Positions 35,111-46,017 of a stretch of DNA of 64,000 nucleotides are shown piece after piece. The DNA comes from a virus: the IMG/VR virus record IMGVR_UViG_3300021963_004241, positions 47,182-111,181 of that record; one strand, given 5' to 3'. The stretch's first letter is position 1. Each line of letters begins with the position of its first letter. Below the pieces are notes generated by a model that saw nothing but the letters and a program-made list of their open reading frames with translations, did not search any database and was not told where the DNA came from. The position numbers were made by a program, and so were the translations under genes.

Positions 35111-35652
35111 TAGAATACATAGGAAACTGTTCTCAGATAATAGATTGGGATGAAATAATAAAACAGTGTGCATCGACTGCTCCGGAATACATAGGACCTA
35201 GTCATAAGAAAAGTGATGACATTCCTGGTCTTAAAGAAGTCTCGGACTTATGGGACCATGCCGGATACAAAAATCTAAATGAAGGCGGCACCGTTGGATG
35301 GAGTATGTATCTTCCAGGTAAGCAATTTGATTCTTCAGTGATTGATAAGTTTTGTGGATTTTACAATATTGAAACTTATCGCACTGCCTGGATCAGTAGG
35401 ATAGATGTTGGACACTTTGCTCCTATACATTGGGATGTAAACGATCAGGAAGAACAATTATCTAAGTTACCTCCTATGGTCCGATATCATTGTCATATAT
35501 CAAAACCAAAGTTCGGACACGTTTTTATAGTAGAAGATCAATGCTTCTATAACAAAGCGCAAGGCGATACATTTAAATGGGCAGATAGGAGATACTGGCA
35601 CGCCGGATCTAACTGCGGACTAGAACCTAAATATATTTTGAATTTGTGGTGA
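35107..35652 (+). CDS. 2OG-Fe(II)/cupin oxygenase-like
   Basis: APIHWD...WHAGSN. Confidence 0.7.
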   Translation: MIEYIGNCSQIIDWDEIIKQCASTAPEYIGPSHKKSDDIPGLKEVSDLWDHAGYKNLNEGGTVGWSMYLPGKQFDSSVIDKFCGFYNIETYRTAWISRIDVGHFAPIHWDVNDQEEQLSKLPPMVRYHCHISKPKFGHVFIVEDQCFYNKAQGDTFKWADRRYWHAGSNCGLEPKYILNLW

Positions 35653-35655
35653 TGT

Positions 35656-36111
35656 ATGTTTAAAGTTTGTATTACAGGTACAACTAGAGGACTTGGTAAA
35701 TTTTTAAAAGAATATTTTACCAAGAAGGGATATTTTGTTATTGGATTAAATCGAGGTGATGATATCGTTACTTCGGCAGTAGGTTGTAATTTGTTTATTA
35801 ATAATGCTTACGGCGGAAAATTGCAAATAGATCTTTTTAATGAATTACACTCTAGAATTAAAAATATAGTAGTAATGGGTAGCGTAGCCGCAGACTATCC
35901 CGATCCTAGTATGCCTGAATATAGTCAGAATAAAAAAGAATTAAAACAACGTGTATTAGAAGTAGCGAATACAAGTGACAGAAATATATTGTTATTAGAA
36001 CTAACAGGTGCAAGTTATAATGATCCAGAAACAATAGGTAAAGTTATTGATTTTTGGCTTGCTAATCCAACAGTAACTTGTGTATCGTTTATTCACGGAG
36101 AAAAGAATTGA
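35656..36111 (+). CDS. Minimal short-chain dehydrogenase/reductase
   Basis: TGTTRGLG, INNA, YSQNK. Confidence 0.8.
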   Translation: MFKVCITGTTRGLGKFLKEYFTKKGYFVIGLNRGDDIVTSAVGCNLFINNAYGGKLQIDLFNELHSRIKNIVVMGSVAADYPDPSMPEYSQNKKELKQRVLEVANTSDRNILLLELTGASYNDPETIGKVIDFWLANPTVTCVSFIHGEKN

Positions 36112-36704
36112 GTAAGAGGATAGTTATAACTGGTCACACCAGCGGCATTGGCAAATCTATATATGATGCTCTCAAGCAAGATAGCTGTAGAGAAATTGTA
36201 GGGTTGTCTCGCAGTAATGGATACGACATTGATAAAGATTTTGATCGAGTGGTCGAAGAAGCGTCTGGTTGTGAGTTGTTTATTAACAATGCCTACAGGG
36301 ACGGACAGCAGTTAAAGTTGCTACAAGCACTAAAGAATAAAGTTGATTCTATGGTAGTTATGGGCAGTGTCAGTAGATTTTATCCAGAAATTATACCTAC
36401 GCAATATGTGAAAGACAAGCAAGAGTTAGCAGAAGAATGTAGATTGATAAGTTTAGATCCAAACGGAATACCTATACTGCATTTAGATCTTAGTTTTATC
36501 GAAGGCACAACAGTTGACAATGATCCTGCTGCGTTTGTTAGTGATTATACCACTAGCCACGACGATATAATAGAGTCGATTGTGTTCTGGACTAGACATC
36601 CCGTTGTAAGACAAATGGAATTTAGATGGAAGCTGACTCCTTATCTAAGGGAGCAGCTATACAGGATTAATCCAAATTTAGATCCATCTAGGATAACGAT
36701 TTAA
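36108..36704 (+). CDS. Short-chain dehydrogenase/reductase
   Basis: TGHTSGIG, INNA, YVKDK; TTG start with GGAG. Confidence 0.8.
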   Translation: MSKRIVITGHTSGIGKSIYDALKQDSCREIVGLSRSNGYDIDKDFDRVVEEASGCELFINNAYRDGQQLKLLQALKNKVDSMVVMGSVSRFYPEIIPTQYVKDKQELAEECRLISLDPNGIPILHLDLSFIEGTTVDNDPAAFVSDYTTSHDDIIESIVFWTRHPVVRQMEFRWKLTPYLREQLYRINPNLDPSRITI

Positions 36705-37232
36705 ATTTTCATAGAACTTATCAACTTTTATTTTCCAAACAGTTTGATCAGTTCCTCTATAAAATACATCTTTAACTTTTTCAACGATTCCTAGTTTTTC
36801 AAGAGTAGGGAAGTAAGTTCTGTGTACAAATCTTTGGCTAGCAACAATACTTTCATTAGAGGTTGCATAGATATTATCTCCAGCCCACTCAATGCAAGCA
36901 GGTAGGAAGAATTGATCGGTGATGTTTTGATGTTGACCTATTGCCACTCGAGCAGTCATCATTCCACCGTTTGATCTAGCACCTGTTAGTACACAGCATC
37001 TCGCCAACACTCTGTAACTACCCGTACCCATTACATCATCAAAAGTGTGAGAGACTACACTACCCACTGCTTGATCATTTTCGTAGAGTATCCAAGCTTT
37101 CCAATCTCTCTCGTTTTTAAAACAGTCTATCATTCTTTGTTGATTACTGTTATTGTAAAAACCTTTTTGGTCAGCTTTATTATAAAAGTCAGTTAGATCT
37201 AGATCAGAGGTCCATTCTAATAACTTGTACAT
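36678..37232 (-). CDS. Hypothetical, possibly GNAT-like
   Basis: Start at MYKLLEW; fold guess is weak. Confidence 0.55.
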   Translation of the reverse strand: MYKLLEWTSDLDLTDFYNKADQKGFYNNSNQQRMIDCFKNERDWKAWILYENDQAVGSVVSHTFDDVMGTGSYRVLARCCVLTGARSNGGMMTARVAIGQHQNITDQFFLPACIEWAGDNIYATSNESIVASQRFVHRTYFPTLEKLGIVEKVKDVFYRGTDQTVWKIKVDKFYENLNRYPRWI

Positions 37233-38193
37233 TGGTAACATCTTCCTTGGATCTATTAAAATATTTGGTTCCGCACATATCACATTCTGCAATGGCACAA
37301 AATTTACTTAAATGAAATTTCATCACATCGCCGTCTGTGCAGTTTTCTAAATCTAGATAATTGTAATCGAGATACTTTTTCCAGTCCGGATCATCTAGAC
37401 TATTATGAAATTCTAACAATCTTTTTAGTGTGCCAAGTGCAGCACATTTATATATTTTCTTGTCTATTAGAAAACTGCACATAGGACTACTACATCCTTG
37501 CTTATACGAAAGATGTGGTAGTCCTGTTTGAAATGGTTTAGGTTTACCATCTTTCATATAATGATTCTTTTTAAATTCTCCTTGCGGTCTAAAGTGTACA
37601 AATATTTCGTTGTCGTGATAGTAAAGATCGTTGGGTTGTTCTCCCTGGCTGTAATCTTTATTAATATCAATCCACTTAGCAAAGAACGGATCGTTTCTAG
37701 GATTGTCTAATTTCATAAAGTCGTACAAGAATTTGTTAGCATCACCGGGTTTCAGACCTAACTGATTTACTAATTCGTCAACGCTGTTTGATATTTTCTC
37801 TGACATCGATGCATCAAATGATGAAAAATGATTGCACACAAATAGACTGCATTTATGTTTTCTTAGTAATTCAGAAACTTCATTTATTCTTTTAGACAAT
37901 AATGTTCCGTTTGTAGAGAACTGTATTGGAGTATCCGGATCAAGAGACCTTATGTATGAAAGGATAGCATCTATTTTATCAAGGTAATACAAGGGTTCGC
38001 CACCAATCATGCTGTAAAGTTCGATTTCAAACTTTTCTCTTGCTAATCGAATCCCCTCGAATATAGTTTCAAGGTCAGGATCGTTAGTTGTATCTCTGAT
38101 AGTATCACTACGAGTGTCACATTGGTTGCAAAACAAATTACATCTTGCACCGTAGTAGATGTCTAACATTTTTAAATATGGTTTGAATATCAT
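37204..38193 (-). CDS. Radical SAM protein
   Basis: CNLFCNQC, GGEP, STNG. Confidence 0.88.
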   Translation of the reverse strand: MIFKPYLKMLDIYYGARCNLFCNQCDTRSDTIRDTTNDPDLETIFEGIRLAREKFEIELYSMIGGEPLYYLDKIDAILSYIRSLDPDTPIQFSTNGTLLSKRINEVSELLRKHKCSLFVCNHFSSFDASMSEKISNSVDELVNQLGLKPGDANKFLYDFMKLDNPRNDPFFAKWIDINKDYSQGEQPNDLYYHDNEIFVHFRPQGEFKKNHYMKDGKPKPFQTGLPHLSYKQGCSSPMCSFLIDKKIYKCAALGTLKRLLEFHNSLDDPDWKKYLDYNYLDLENCTDGDVMKFHLSKFCAIAECDMCGTKYFNRSKEDVTNVQVIRMDL

Positions 38194-38194
38194 T

Positions 38195-38890
38195 TTATTT
38201 GTATATGTTTTTGGCTTGTTCCATTAAATCGTCTGGAAAATTATTTTTAAAACTATCAAATGCCAGCATCTGTAAATCAATAAACGGAACAGGGCTATCG
38301 ACTGACAGTCCTAGTTTATCTATTTTTAAATAGAGATCCTTTTGTCTATCTTCACTGATGTGGCTCAACACACTGTTAATCGTGATCGGAGCTTCGTGAT
38401 CTTTGTAACAAAAGAAATAATTGATGCTTTTTAATTTTCCATTAATTACAAAGTAACTACTAGGGTGTAGACTATACTTATAGATTCCTAATTGTCTATG
38501 TGCTCTAAATATGTCAAGCATCTGTTCTTTCCAATCAGGAAGAACGCTGTCATAATTTTGTTCTACAGTCCCTGCCTGTTGCCAAAAATCATAACCGTCG
38601 ATTTCTAGATAGATTTTTCTTTTGTCTAGATCTATATTAAGTATCTTTGGTACCAAGTCCGGAAACGAATTACGCATCTGTGTAATATAATTTACTTCAC
38701 GCAACCATTTTTCTTCCATTAAAGAAGAATCTACGACTTGATTTTGTCCTCGATGATATTCAGTATCGTTATGATACCATTGGCAAAATGTTTTACGGTC
38801 TTTGCTTATAAGGCTTGTGTAGATTAAATTATTTCGGCAAAGGCCTTTGCCAGGAACATCATTGTAGTAATATTCGTAATCCGTATTCAT
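38195..38890 (-). CDS. Protein-kinase-like-fold protein (divergent)
   Basis: REV, LVPKI, YKYSLHPSS; paralogue of 33865. Confidence 0.5.
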   Translation of the reverse strand: MNTDYEYYYNDVPGKGLCRNNLIYTSLISKDRKTFCQWYHNDTEYHRGQNQVVDSSLMEEKWLREVNYITQMRNSFPDLVPKILNIDLDKRKIYLEIDGYDFWQQAGTVEQNYDSVLPDWKEQMLDIFRAHRQLGIYKYSLHPSSYFVINGKLKSINYFFCYKDHEAPITINSVLSHISEDRQKDLYLKIDKLGLSVDSPVPFIDLQMLAFDSFKNNFPDDLMEQAKNIYK

Positions 38891-38917
38891 GCAAATACTT
38901 ATCAGCTAAGTATTGCT

Positions 38918-39733
38918 ATGATTAGAGGTATTGGCGGTAAGCCCTACATTAACTTAGATCCGTTTTTGGATGTAAAAGGATTTATAGATCTACACGCTGA
39001 GATCTGTAAAGGTTTTGCTTTGGCTAGAGATTATGCCAAGGAAGGAACTTGGATGGCACCTGGCTTTGATCAAAGCAGAGGTAGTTATGTTATCGATTGG
39101 AAACCAATCTACAAAGCGTTTGAAGAATATCAGAAACTACCCGATGATCATCCTATTAAGGTGCAGGGAAAAGAAATCTATCCTACAGACTTTAAAGATT
39201 ATAAACAGCGCAATTTATTCACACGTTATCTTAAGAGTGTGTTGGGTGCTAATGATCCTTACGTATATTATTTCCTATGGAATGAAGGCGACTGGAATGA
39301 ACGCAATGCTGAACGTCAGCTAACAGAAGAAAGTCGATTCTTTCCGGGCGTAGTAAGTTGGGTAAAAAGTTTGCAGGCACACGGTGTGATAGATCGTATT
39401 GGACGTGTGATATTCTTTCATTGCGACCATAACGGTAAGGCTTTTGAGCACAGAGACTTAGATGCTAAGAATGGTGTGTTTGAAAACGACTACTATACTC
39501 CTCATAACAATGAGTTTATACACATACGTTATCGTACCAAACGTGGGTTCTATATTTGGGATCCAGACACACAAGACAAACACTATGTAAACTCACATGC
39601 CGCTTTCTGGAACGACCAAGATTGGCACGGTGGAGAACACAGTTTAGAACAAGAATACGGACTAAGAATAGATTGTAAGTTTAGTAAAGAATTTAGAAAA
39701 ATTATAAACATAGATCATTTGGATTTTTATTAA
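38918..39733 (+). CDS. 2OG-Fe(II)/cupin oxygenase-like
   Basis: EHRD...WHGG...RID. Confidence 0.6.
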   Translation: MIRGIGGKPYINLDPFLDVKGFIDLHAEICKGFALARDYAKEGTWMAPGFDQSRGSYVIDWKPIYKAFEEYQKLPDDHPIKVQGKEIYPTDFKDYKQRNLFTRYLKSVLGANDPYVYYFLWNEGDWNERNAERQLTEESRFFPGVVSWVKSLQAHGVIDRIGRVIFFHCDHNGKAFEHRDLDAKNGVFENDYYTPHNNEFIHIRYRTKRGFYIWDPDTQDKHYVNSHAAFWNDQDWHGGEHSLEQEYGLRIDCKFSKEFRKIINIDHLDFY

Positions 39734-40881
39734 TGACTTCCAAGTATTGTCCTTTGCCCTTTAGGGAAGTAGTTCTATTCAACGGTGACATTTTACAGCC
39801 CTGTTGTCAAAATCACGCTTATAAAGTTTTTATAAAAGATTCCTTCGATCAGTCTTTTAACACAGGAGTGTTAGAACAGTTCAGGAATCAATTGTTGTCC
39901 GGCCAACCTGTTAAAGGCTGCGACCAATGTTATAACGAAGAAGCTGCCGGTGTAGAATCTATGAGGCAAAGAAGTATTAACCGATACGGATATGTTGATA
40001 ATGTTGAGATCCACGCAATTCAAATGCAGTTTGATAACTTGTGTAATTTAAAATGTAGAATGTGTGCATCTACTAATAGTCATATGTTGTATGAAGATGA
40101 AATAGAAGTATTAGGTAAGACAATCAATCCTAAAAAGTTTATCTTAACAACAAGACATAATGAAATAGATAAGACACATTTAAAAGAAATTAAATTTTGG
40201 GGCGGTGAACCGTTAATAAGTCCTAGAGCTCAAGAATTTTTTAAAGACTTTACGACCTCCGGAGAAATATCTCAAGTTGTAATCTCTACATACACTAACG
40301 GAATGGTCACACCTTCAGGATACATTTTAGAAGCGTTTGAAAAATGTAGGTATCTTGATTTGTTTGTTAGCATAGATGCATACGGCGGATTGAATGAATA
40401 CATTAGAGGAAAGTCAAACTTTGATGATATTGTTAACACACTAAATTTCTTGCGGTCTTTAATGAAATCAAGACCTCCCGAAAGTACTTTTATCGGCGTG
40501 TCGACTCTTGTGAATATATACAATGTTAATAAGTTACAAGACTTAGATTCATTTATTAAGAAAGAATTTCCTGAGTTTGGGTTAGAGAAGAAATTTTTAT
40601 TCTATCCGGAATTTTTAAGAATAAGTTCTTTGCCCGCCGAGTATAAAAATAAAATAAGATCTTCAGTTGAACCATATCCGGAAGTTCTTAAATTTTTAAA
40701 CAACGAAGATACTGAGTACTTCGATGAATTTATTTTTTATAGTAATTCAATTGATAAGCTAAGACAAGAATTTTTAAAAGAAGTAAACCCGGAGTTGTAT
40801 GATTTTATGAAATCTTACAAATCAAAGAAGCAAGTTAAACAAATAGATTTACAAAAATTATATCCACAGATAGATTTATGA
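39733..40881 (+). CDS. Radical SAM protein with N-terminal SPASM/twitch-like domain
   Basis: CPLPF..PCC..CDQC; CNLKCRMC; GGEP. Confidence 0.9.
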   Translation: MTSKYCPLPFREVVLFNGDILQPCCQNHAYKVFIKDSFDQSFNTGVLEQFRNQLLSGQPVKGCDQCYNEEAAGVESMRQRSINRYGYVDNVEIHAIQMQFDNLCNLKCRMCASTNSHMLYEDEIEVLGKTINPKKFILTTRHNEIDKTHLKEIKFWGGEPLISPRAQEFFKDFTTSGEISQVVISTYTNGMVTPSGYILEAFEKCRYLDLFVSIDAYGGLNEYIRGKSNFDDIVNTLNFLRSLMKSRPPESTFIGVSTLVNIYNVNKLQDLDSFIKKEFPEFGLEKKFLFYPEFLRISSLPAEYKNKIRSSVEPYPEVLKFLNNEDTEYFDEFIFYSNSIDKLRQEFLKEVNPELYDFMKSYKSKKQVKQIDLQKLYPQIDL

Positions 40882-41477
40882 ACAAAATAGTATATTCAGA
40901 AATGCCTTTAGTTGCCGTCTACGAAGATGTTGTTGATCACGAATACTGTGATTATATCATTGACAAGTTTAATAAAGACGGAATGAATCCTAGAGCAGGG
41001 TGGGAATCCTATCAGCAGTCAGACGGACAAGTACACGAAGGAATTGAACAACGTAACATAAGTTGGGATACGCCACAAGAAATCAGAGAACACTTTTGGG
41101 CCATAATAACCCAAGTCACAGGAGTACCTCGAAGTCATATTGAAGCTGGAGACATTTATAGATACGATCAAGGTCAGTTTTTTGATCTACACGTAGATTT
41201 TCCTTTAGAACCAAGGAAGATCAAATATTATGAAAAGGGCGGAGATCGAAAGCATACTGCTATATTCTATTTGAATGATGATTATGAAGGTGGAGAACTT
41301 AGTTTTCCTGTATTAGGTTTTTCGATAAAGCCTAAAAAAGGTTCAATGGCTTGGCTAGAATATGACTATCCAGATGAATCAATTAATCAGTCTGGCGTAC
41401 ACGAGTCAACAGTAATAACCAAAGGCGAGAAATGGATCTGTGCTACGTTTATAGCAAACGGACCTAGGGTGATCTAA
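40878..41477 (+). CDS. Prolyl-4-hydroxylase-like 2OG-Fe(II) oxygenase
   Basis: HVD, FYLNDDYEGGEL.FP, HES..I..GEKW. Confidence 0.9.
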   Translation: MNKIVYSEMPLVAVYEDVVDHEYCDYIIDKFNKDGMNPRAGWESYQQSDGQVHEGIEQRNISWDTPQEIREHFWAIITQVTGVPRSHIEAGDIYRYDQGQFFDLHVDFPLEPRKIKYYEKGGDRKHTAIFYLNDDYEGGELSFPVLGFSIKPKKGSMAWLEYDYPDESINQSGVHESTVITKGEKWICATFIANGPRVI

Positions 41478-42886
41478 TGGAAGAATTTTGGATTAAACCT
41501 CAAGATACTGAGCTAGGCCATTGGCAAAATAAAATAGCATCGATGACCGGCAGCAATACTTTTTGTGCATTGCCCTGGATACACTTTGCAACTAGACCAA
41601 ATGGCGACATGAGATTATGTTGTTCGTCAAATGCCTCTGGTGCTGGCGAAGATCATATAGTAGGATTAGTAAAAAACGAAACAGGACGACCTGCTAACTT
41701 CGGTAGAGAAACTCCTATGAGCGCCTGGAATAACGAATACATGCGTTCGGTTAGAACAACGATGCTGCGCAATGAAATTCCTGCTAGCTGTCGTAAATGT
41801 TTTGAAGAAGAAAGCAAAGGAATAGCCAGCAAGCGCATTTGGGAAACAGCATCCTGGTCTTTGGACGGAATCGATTTAGAGGAGTTAGTAGAACAGACTG
41901 CTCAAGATGGCACTGTGCCGGAGAAGTTAGTCTATCTAGATCTTAGATTAGGCCATACCTGTAACTTAAAATGTGTTATGTGCAGTCCACACGATTCGAG
42001 TTTGTGGGTAGCAGATCATAAAAAAGTCTATCCGTTATTCAAACACGATGCATTGAAGAGTCAAATGAGTTGGGACCAAAAGGAGTTCAACAATTATTGG
42101 CACGAAAATCCAGACTTCTGGAAAGAAATGTATAAACAGATTCCTAATCTAAAACAAGTTTACTTTGCAGGCGGGGAACCTTTACTAATAAAAGAACACA
42201 AAAAGTTTTTAGAAGAAATAATCAGTCAAGGATATGCGGATAAGATCCTAATCAGATACAACACAAACGGATTATTAGTAAATGAAGAGATCATTGATCT
42301 ATGGACAAAATTTAAAAAAGTTAAAGTAGGATTTAGCATAGATGCTTATGGTGATAAAAATTATTACATAAGATATCCTAGCGATTGGTCAGTTATCGAA
42401 AAGAACTTGCACAGGTTAGATAACACCCCAGACAATATACAAGTCAGTATAGCCACAGCTATACAGATACTAAACATCAAACATCTGCCAGACTTTGCTC
42501 GATGGAAGATAAAACAGAACTTTAAAAAGATAAATTTTGAAAATGTCACGGGCGGAATACAAGCAGGTGGCGGTATCTTTAATATGCATCTGCTTTACAT
42601 ACCTACATTTTTAGATATTAGATGTTTACCGCAAGAAGATAAAGCAGAAGTAAGAAAATCATTTGCAGAATTTGCAACCTGGTTACACGAAAATTACAGA
42701 CAGGATGAAGACTTTTGGAAAAAGAATCCTTATGGTTGGCGCCGCTGGCAAGCTGTACTAGAATTTATGGATTCGGCAGACAACAGTCATTTGTTACCAG
42801 CATTAAAAGAATATCTCGCAGAGTTAGATAAAGTAAGAAATACAAAGTTTTCTACTTTCTTCCCAGAATTAAAATTCATAGAATAA
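41477..42886 (+). CDS. Radical SAM protein with N-terminal SPASM/twitch-like domain
   Basis: CALPW, LCC, CRKC; CNLKCVMC; AGGEP. Confidence 0.92.
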   Translation: MEEFWIKPQDTELGHWQNKIASMTGSNTFCALPWIHFATRPNGDMRLCCSSNASGAGEDHIVGLVKNETGRPANFGRETPMSAWNNEYMRSVRTTMLRNEIPASCRKCFEEESKGIASKRIWETASWSLDGIDLEELVEQTAQDGTVPEKLVYLDLRLGHTCNLKCVMCSPHDSSLWVADHKKVYPLFKHDALKSQMSWDQKEFNNYWHENPDFWKEMYKQIPNLKQVYFAGGEPLLIKEHKKFLEEIISQGYADKILIRYNTNGLLVNEEIIDLWTKFKKVKVGFSIDAYGDKNYYIRYPSDWSVIEKNLHRLDNTPDNIQVSIATAIQILNIKHLPDFARWKIKQNFKKINFENVTGGIQAGGGIFNMHLLYIPTFLDIRCLPQEDKAEVRKSFAEFATWLHENYRQDEDFWKKNPYGWRRWQAVLEFMDSADNSHLLPALKEYLAELDKVRNTKFSTFFPELKFIE

Positions 42887-43968
42887 TGCCAGATTTTAAG
42901 TTTTTAGATCAAACTAATAATCATCACTCATTTCAAGTAGCTTGGGAATCTACTTTAAAATGTAATCTTGATTGTAGTTATTGCGGTGATGGGCACGACA
43001 ATAAGATAGATCATCCTAGTTTAGAAGATAGTTTATCTACAATTGACTTTATAGTAGAGTATCTCAATCTTTACATGATGGATAGGCCCGAGCATATAAG
43101 ATTTGCAAATCTAAATATCCAAGGCGGAGAAAGTATATTCCATCCAAATATTATAGAAATATTAGAGTACTTGAGAAAAAAGAAAAGCCTCTACAATGAT
43201 TGGAACTTGAATGTAGCATTGATTACAAATGGAACTACAGGAACCGATCGATGGAAACGTATTGCAGATCTTGTTGACTACTTTACAATGAGTTTTCATT
43301 CAGAAAGCTTGCCTAAGCAACAGGAACTATTTAAATCTAATGTTCTTTATCTTAGAGATCAAAAAAAGAATTTTAAAGTTTCCGTATTGATGCATCCTAA
43401 ACACTGGGATAGGTGTGTAGAGATTGTTGAATGGTGTAAAGAAAACAATATAAGTTATACTCCAAGACAACTAGATCATACTTGGACTGAGTTTAGATTT
43501 AATTACAACGCTGAACAAACTGAATACTTGACAGGAATAAAACAAGTTCCGATTACAACTAAGGTCATTTCATTTTTTAGAAATGGTATCAATCTTTCTT
43601 CTCAGGGCAGAGCTTGCTGCGGGGGAGAAGTACTATGCACAGACAAAGATAAAGAAACAACCTACATAAAAGGAAATAATTTTAAAGGCTGGCATTGTTC
43701 TGTGAATAGATTCTTTCTCTACATTAGGCAAACAACAGGAGAGATCTATACTAATAAAGACTGTAGAATGAATCTAGAGGGAAAGGTTGGAGTCATAGGG
43801 ATGTTAAAAGACTCAGATAAAATTTTAAAAGACCTAAAAGAACGGATATCAACCGATACATTACCAGATATAATTTGTAAGAAACATAGTTGTTGGTGTG
43901 GACTGTGTGCTCCTAAAGCAGAAACAAAAGAAATGTTTGATGAAATAATGGAAAAGTACAAATGCTGA
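42886..43968 (+). CDS. Radical SAM protein
   Basis: CNLDCSYC, GGE, GRACCGG, CWCGLC. Confidence 0.9.
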   Translation: MPDFKFLDQTNNHHSFQVAWESTLKCNLDCSYCGDGHDNKIDHPSLEDSLSTIDFIVEYLNLYMMDRPEHIRFANLNIQGGESIFHPNIIEILEYLRKKKSLYNDWNLNVALITNGTTGTDRWKRIADLVDYFTMSFHSESLPKQQELFKSNVLYLRDQKKNFKVSVLMHPKHWDRCVEIVEWCKENNISYTPRQLDHTWTEFRFNYNAEQTEYLTGIKQVPITTKVISFFRNGINLSSQGRACCGGEVLCTDKDKETTYIKGNNFKGWHCSVNRFFLYIRQTTGEIYTNKDCRMNLEGKVGVIGMLKDSDKILKDLKERISTDTLPDIICKKHSCWCGLCAPKAETKEMFDEIMEKYKC

Positions 43969-44936
43969 CTCGTGTTATTAACAGCAGAAAATCAAATGTT
44001 CTTAGCATAGAATTTATGTTAGGTAATCTATGCAATTACAAATGTTCGTATTGCTTTCCTGGCAGCAACGAAGGTGATCATCCCTGGCCAGATTATGAAT
44101 TATTAATTAAAAATTTAAAATATCTTTTAGACACTTATAAAAATAACGGTAAAGATGTTTTTGAATTCTACTTAGTAGGTGGTGAACCTACACTGTGGAA
44201 GAAGTTGCCTGACTTATGTAAGTTTTTAAAATCAAATTATAATGCAGTTATCCGATTATCAACTAATGGTTACAAAAGTAGCAACTGGTGGAAACAACAT
44301 GCTAAGTTGTTTGATGCTGTAGAAATATCTGTGCATCACGAATATGCCAAACCGCATCACATTATCGATGTAGGGGATGCTCTTTATAGAGAAAAAACTA
44401 ATCTAGTTGCCAATGTATTAATGGATCCTGCACATTGGGATAAGTGCAAAGGCATATTAGAGATGTTAAGGGGCAGCGAAAAGCGTTGGCCTATAGTTGC
44501 CAAATGGGTACACTTTAACGGAGAAAGTAGATACAACTCTGATCAAGTTCAATATCTCGAGAAGCCTCTCAAACGTTGGCCTAATCTATGGTGGTGGTTT
44601 ACTTTGCCCTACAAAGAATATTATAAACTATGGGTGATCGAGAACGGAAAAAAGAAACTTGTTGCAGATAATTGGCTTACTCTACAAGGGAAAAATAAAT
44701 TCAAAGGATGGATCTGTAACTTAGGTGTAGATCATCTTGAAATATTTCAGACAGGCCGTATAGGTGGCAATTGTAAACAGAAGGTTTACGGGAGAGATTC
44801 TTTTTATAATCTCTATGATGAGAACTTTGTTAGAGAGTTTAGTCCCAATATCAAACCGATAGTTTGTCAGAAAGACATATGTGAGTGCGGTTTTGAAACC
44901 GGAATTAATAAATTTATTCCAATTCAGCCGTTGTAA
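43962..44936 (+). CDS. Radical SAM protein
   Basis: CNYKCSYC, GGEP. Confidence 0.9.
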   Translation: MLTRVINSRKSNVLSIEFMLGNLCNYKCSYCFPGSNEGDHPWPDYELLIKNLKYLLDTYKNNGKDVFEFYLVGGEPTLWKKLPDLCKFLKSNYNAVIRLSTNGYKSSNWWKQHAKLFDAVEISVHHEYAKPHHIIDVGDALYREKTNLVANVLMDPAHWDKCKGILEMLRGSEKRWPIVAKWVHFNGESRYNSDQVQYLEKPLKRWPNLWWWFTLPYKEYYKLWVIENGKKKLVADNWLTLQGKNKFKGWICNLGVDHLEIFQTGRIGGNCKQKVYGRDSFYNLYDENFVREFSPNIKPIVCQKDICECGFETGINKFIPIQPL

Positions 44937-46017
44937 CTTCTTTCCAAAGCTGTTTAAAATCTTCAAACGATTGTGCTTTAGGTACACACATACCACAACC
45001 GCATCTCTGATTAGGACATACGATTGCAGGAAGTTTATCCTTGTTTAAAAACTCTTTTAAATTATCTAGGATCTGTTGTGATTCTTTTATATTACCAATA
45101 GGACCCTTGCCATCAAATGTAGCTTGACAAGTTTGATGATGAAAGACATTTCCTGTATGTTGGTCAATGTGCATAAAGAACCAATTAACTGTACAATGCC
45201 AATCTTTAAACCAGTTCTTTACTAACTTTACCTCAGTCCACTCGCCGTTGACTTTTCCTGTAGTGCATCTGCCACCGCAGCAGGCTCGACCTATGTTAGT
45301 TCCTTCTTGTTTTTGTTCAGCCGATCTATCAAGATTCATAAATTTAAAGAACCAATCTTGTTGTTCTTTAGTATATTCGTGACTGGTTCTACGATTCTTA
45401 CCTTCTGAATCTATGAACCATCCCTTGCGTTCCATGTTACCATCACCGATGGGCACAGGGTTTATCTTTGTAATACCGTTAGATCTTAGATTTTCACAAA
45501 TCTCAACAGCTTCATCGAAGTGGTCACAGTGTAACATTATATTGGCCTGCACACTCATTCCCGCTTTATGCAATTCAATGATGTTCTTCCAGCTGCGTAA
45601 CTTTAATTTCGGAGAAGCTTCCGTATGATAACTGATAGTAACGTGTATAAAGTTATCTAAGATCTTGCTTGTGAATTGAGGTCCCCAGGTTCCGTTGGTA
45701 GTAAGACCTAATTTGAATCCTCCTACGGATTTTATATAATCAATTAAAGGCCAGAAGTTAGGATTAGCCGTAGGCTCACCTCCGGTAAAATCTATATTGC
45801 TGTGATCTTTGTATACTCTTTTGTCTTTATACAAGTCAGTATATTGTTTAATGAAGTTGAAAGTTTCTTTTAATTCTTCTAGTGAGGGGTAAGGACTGTA
45901 ATTATTGTGTCTGGTGCTTTCGCAGTAGGAGCAATCTAAGTTACACCTTCTTAACATATCCCAGGTTATCATTAATCCGGAAGGATTTTTTAAATTAATA
46001 GCAGTAGTTTCAATCAT
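44914..46017 (-). CDS. Radical SAM protein
   Basis: CNLDCSYC, GGEP, GRACCGG, CGCGMC. Confidence 0.9.
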   Translation of the reverse strand: MIETTAINLKNPSGLMITWDMLRRCNLDCSYCESTRHNNYSPYPSLEELKETFNFIKQYTDLYKDKRVYKDHSNIDFTGGEPTANPNFWPLIDYIKSVGGFKLGLTTNGTWGPQFTSKILDNFIHVTISYHTEASPKLKLRSWKNIIELHKAGMSVQANIMLHCDHFDEAVEICENLRSNGITKINPVPIGDGNMERKGWFIDSEGKNRRTSHEYTKEQQDWFFKFMNLDRSAEQKQEGTNIGRACCGGRCTTGKVNGEWTEVKLVKNWFKDWHCTVNWFFMHIDQHTGNVFHHQTCQATFDGKGPIGNIKESQQILDNLKEFLNKDKLPAIVCPNQRCGCGMCVPKAQSFEDFKQLWKEVTTAELE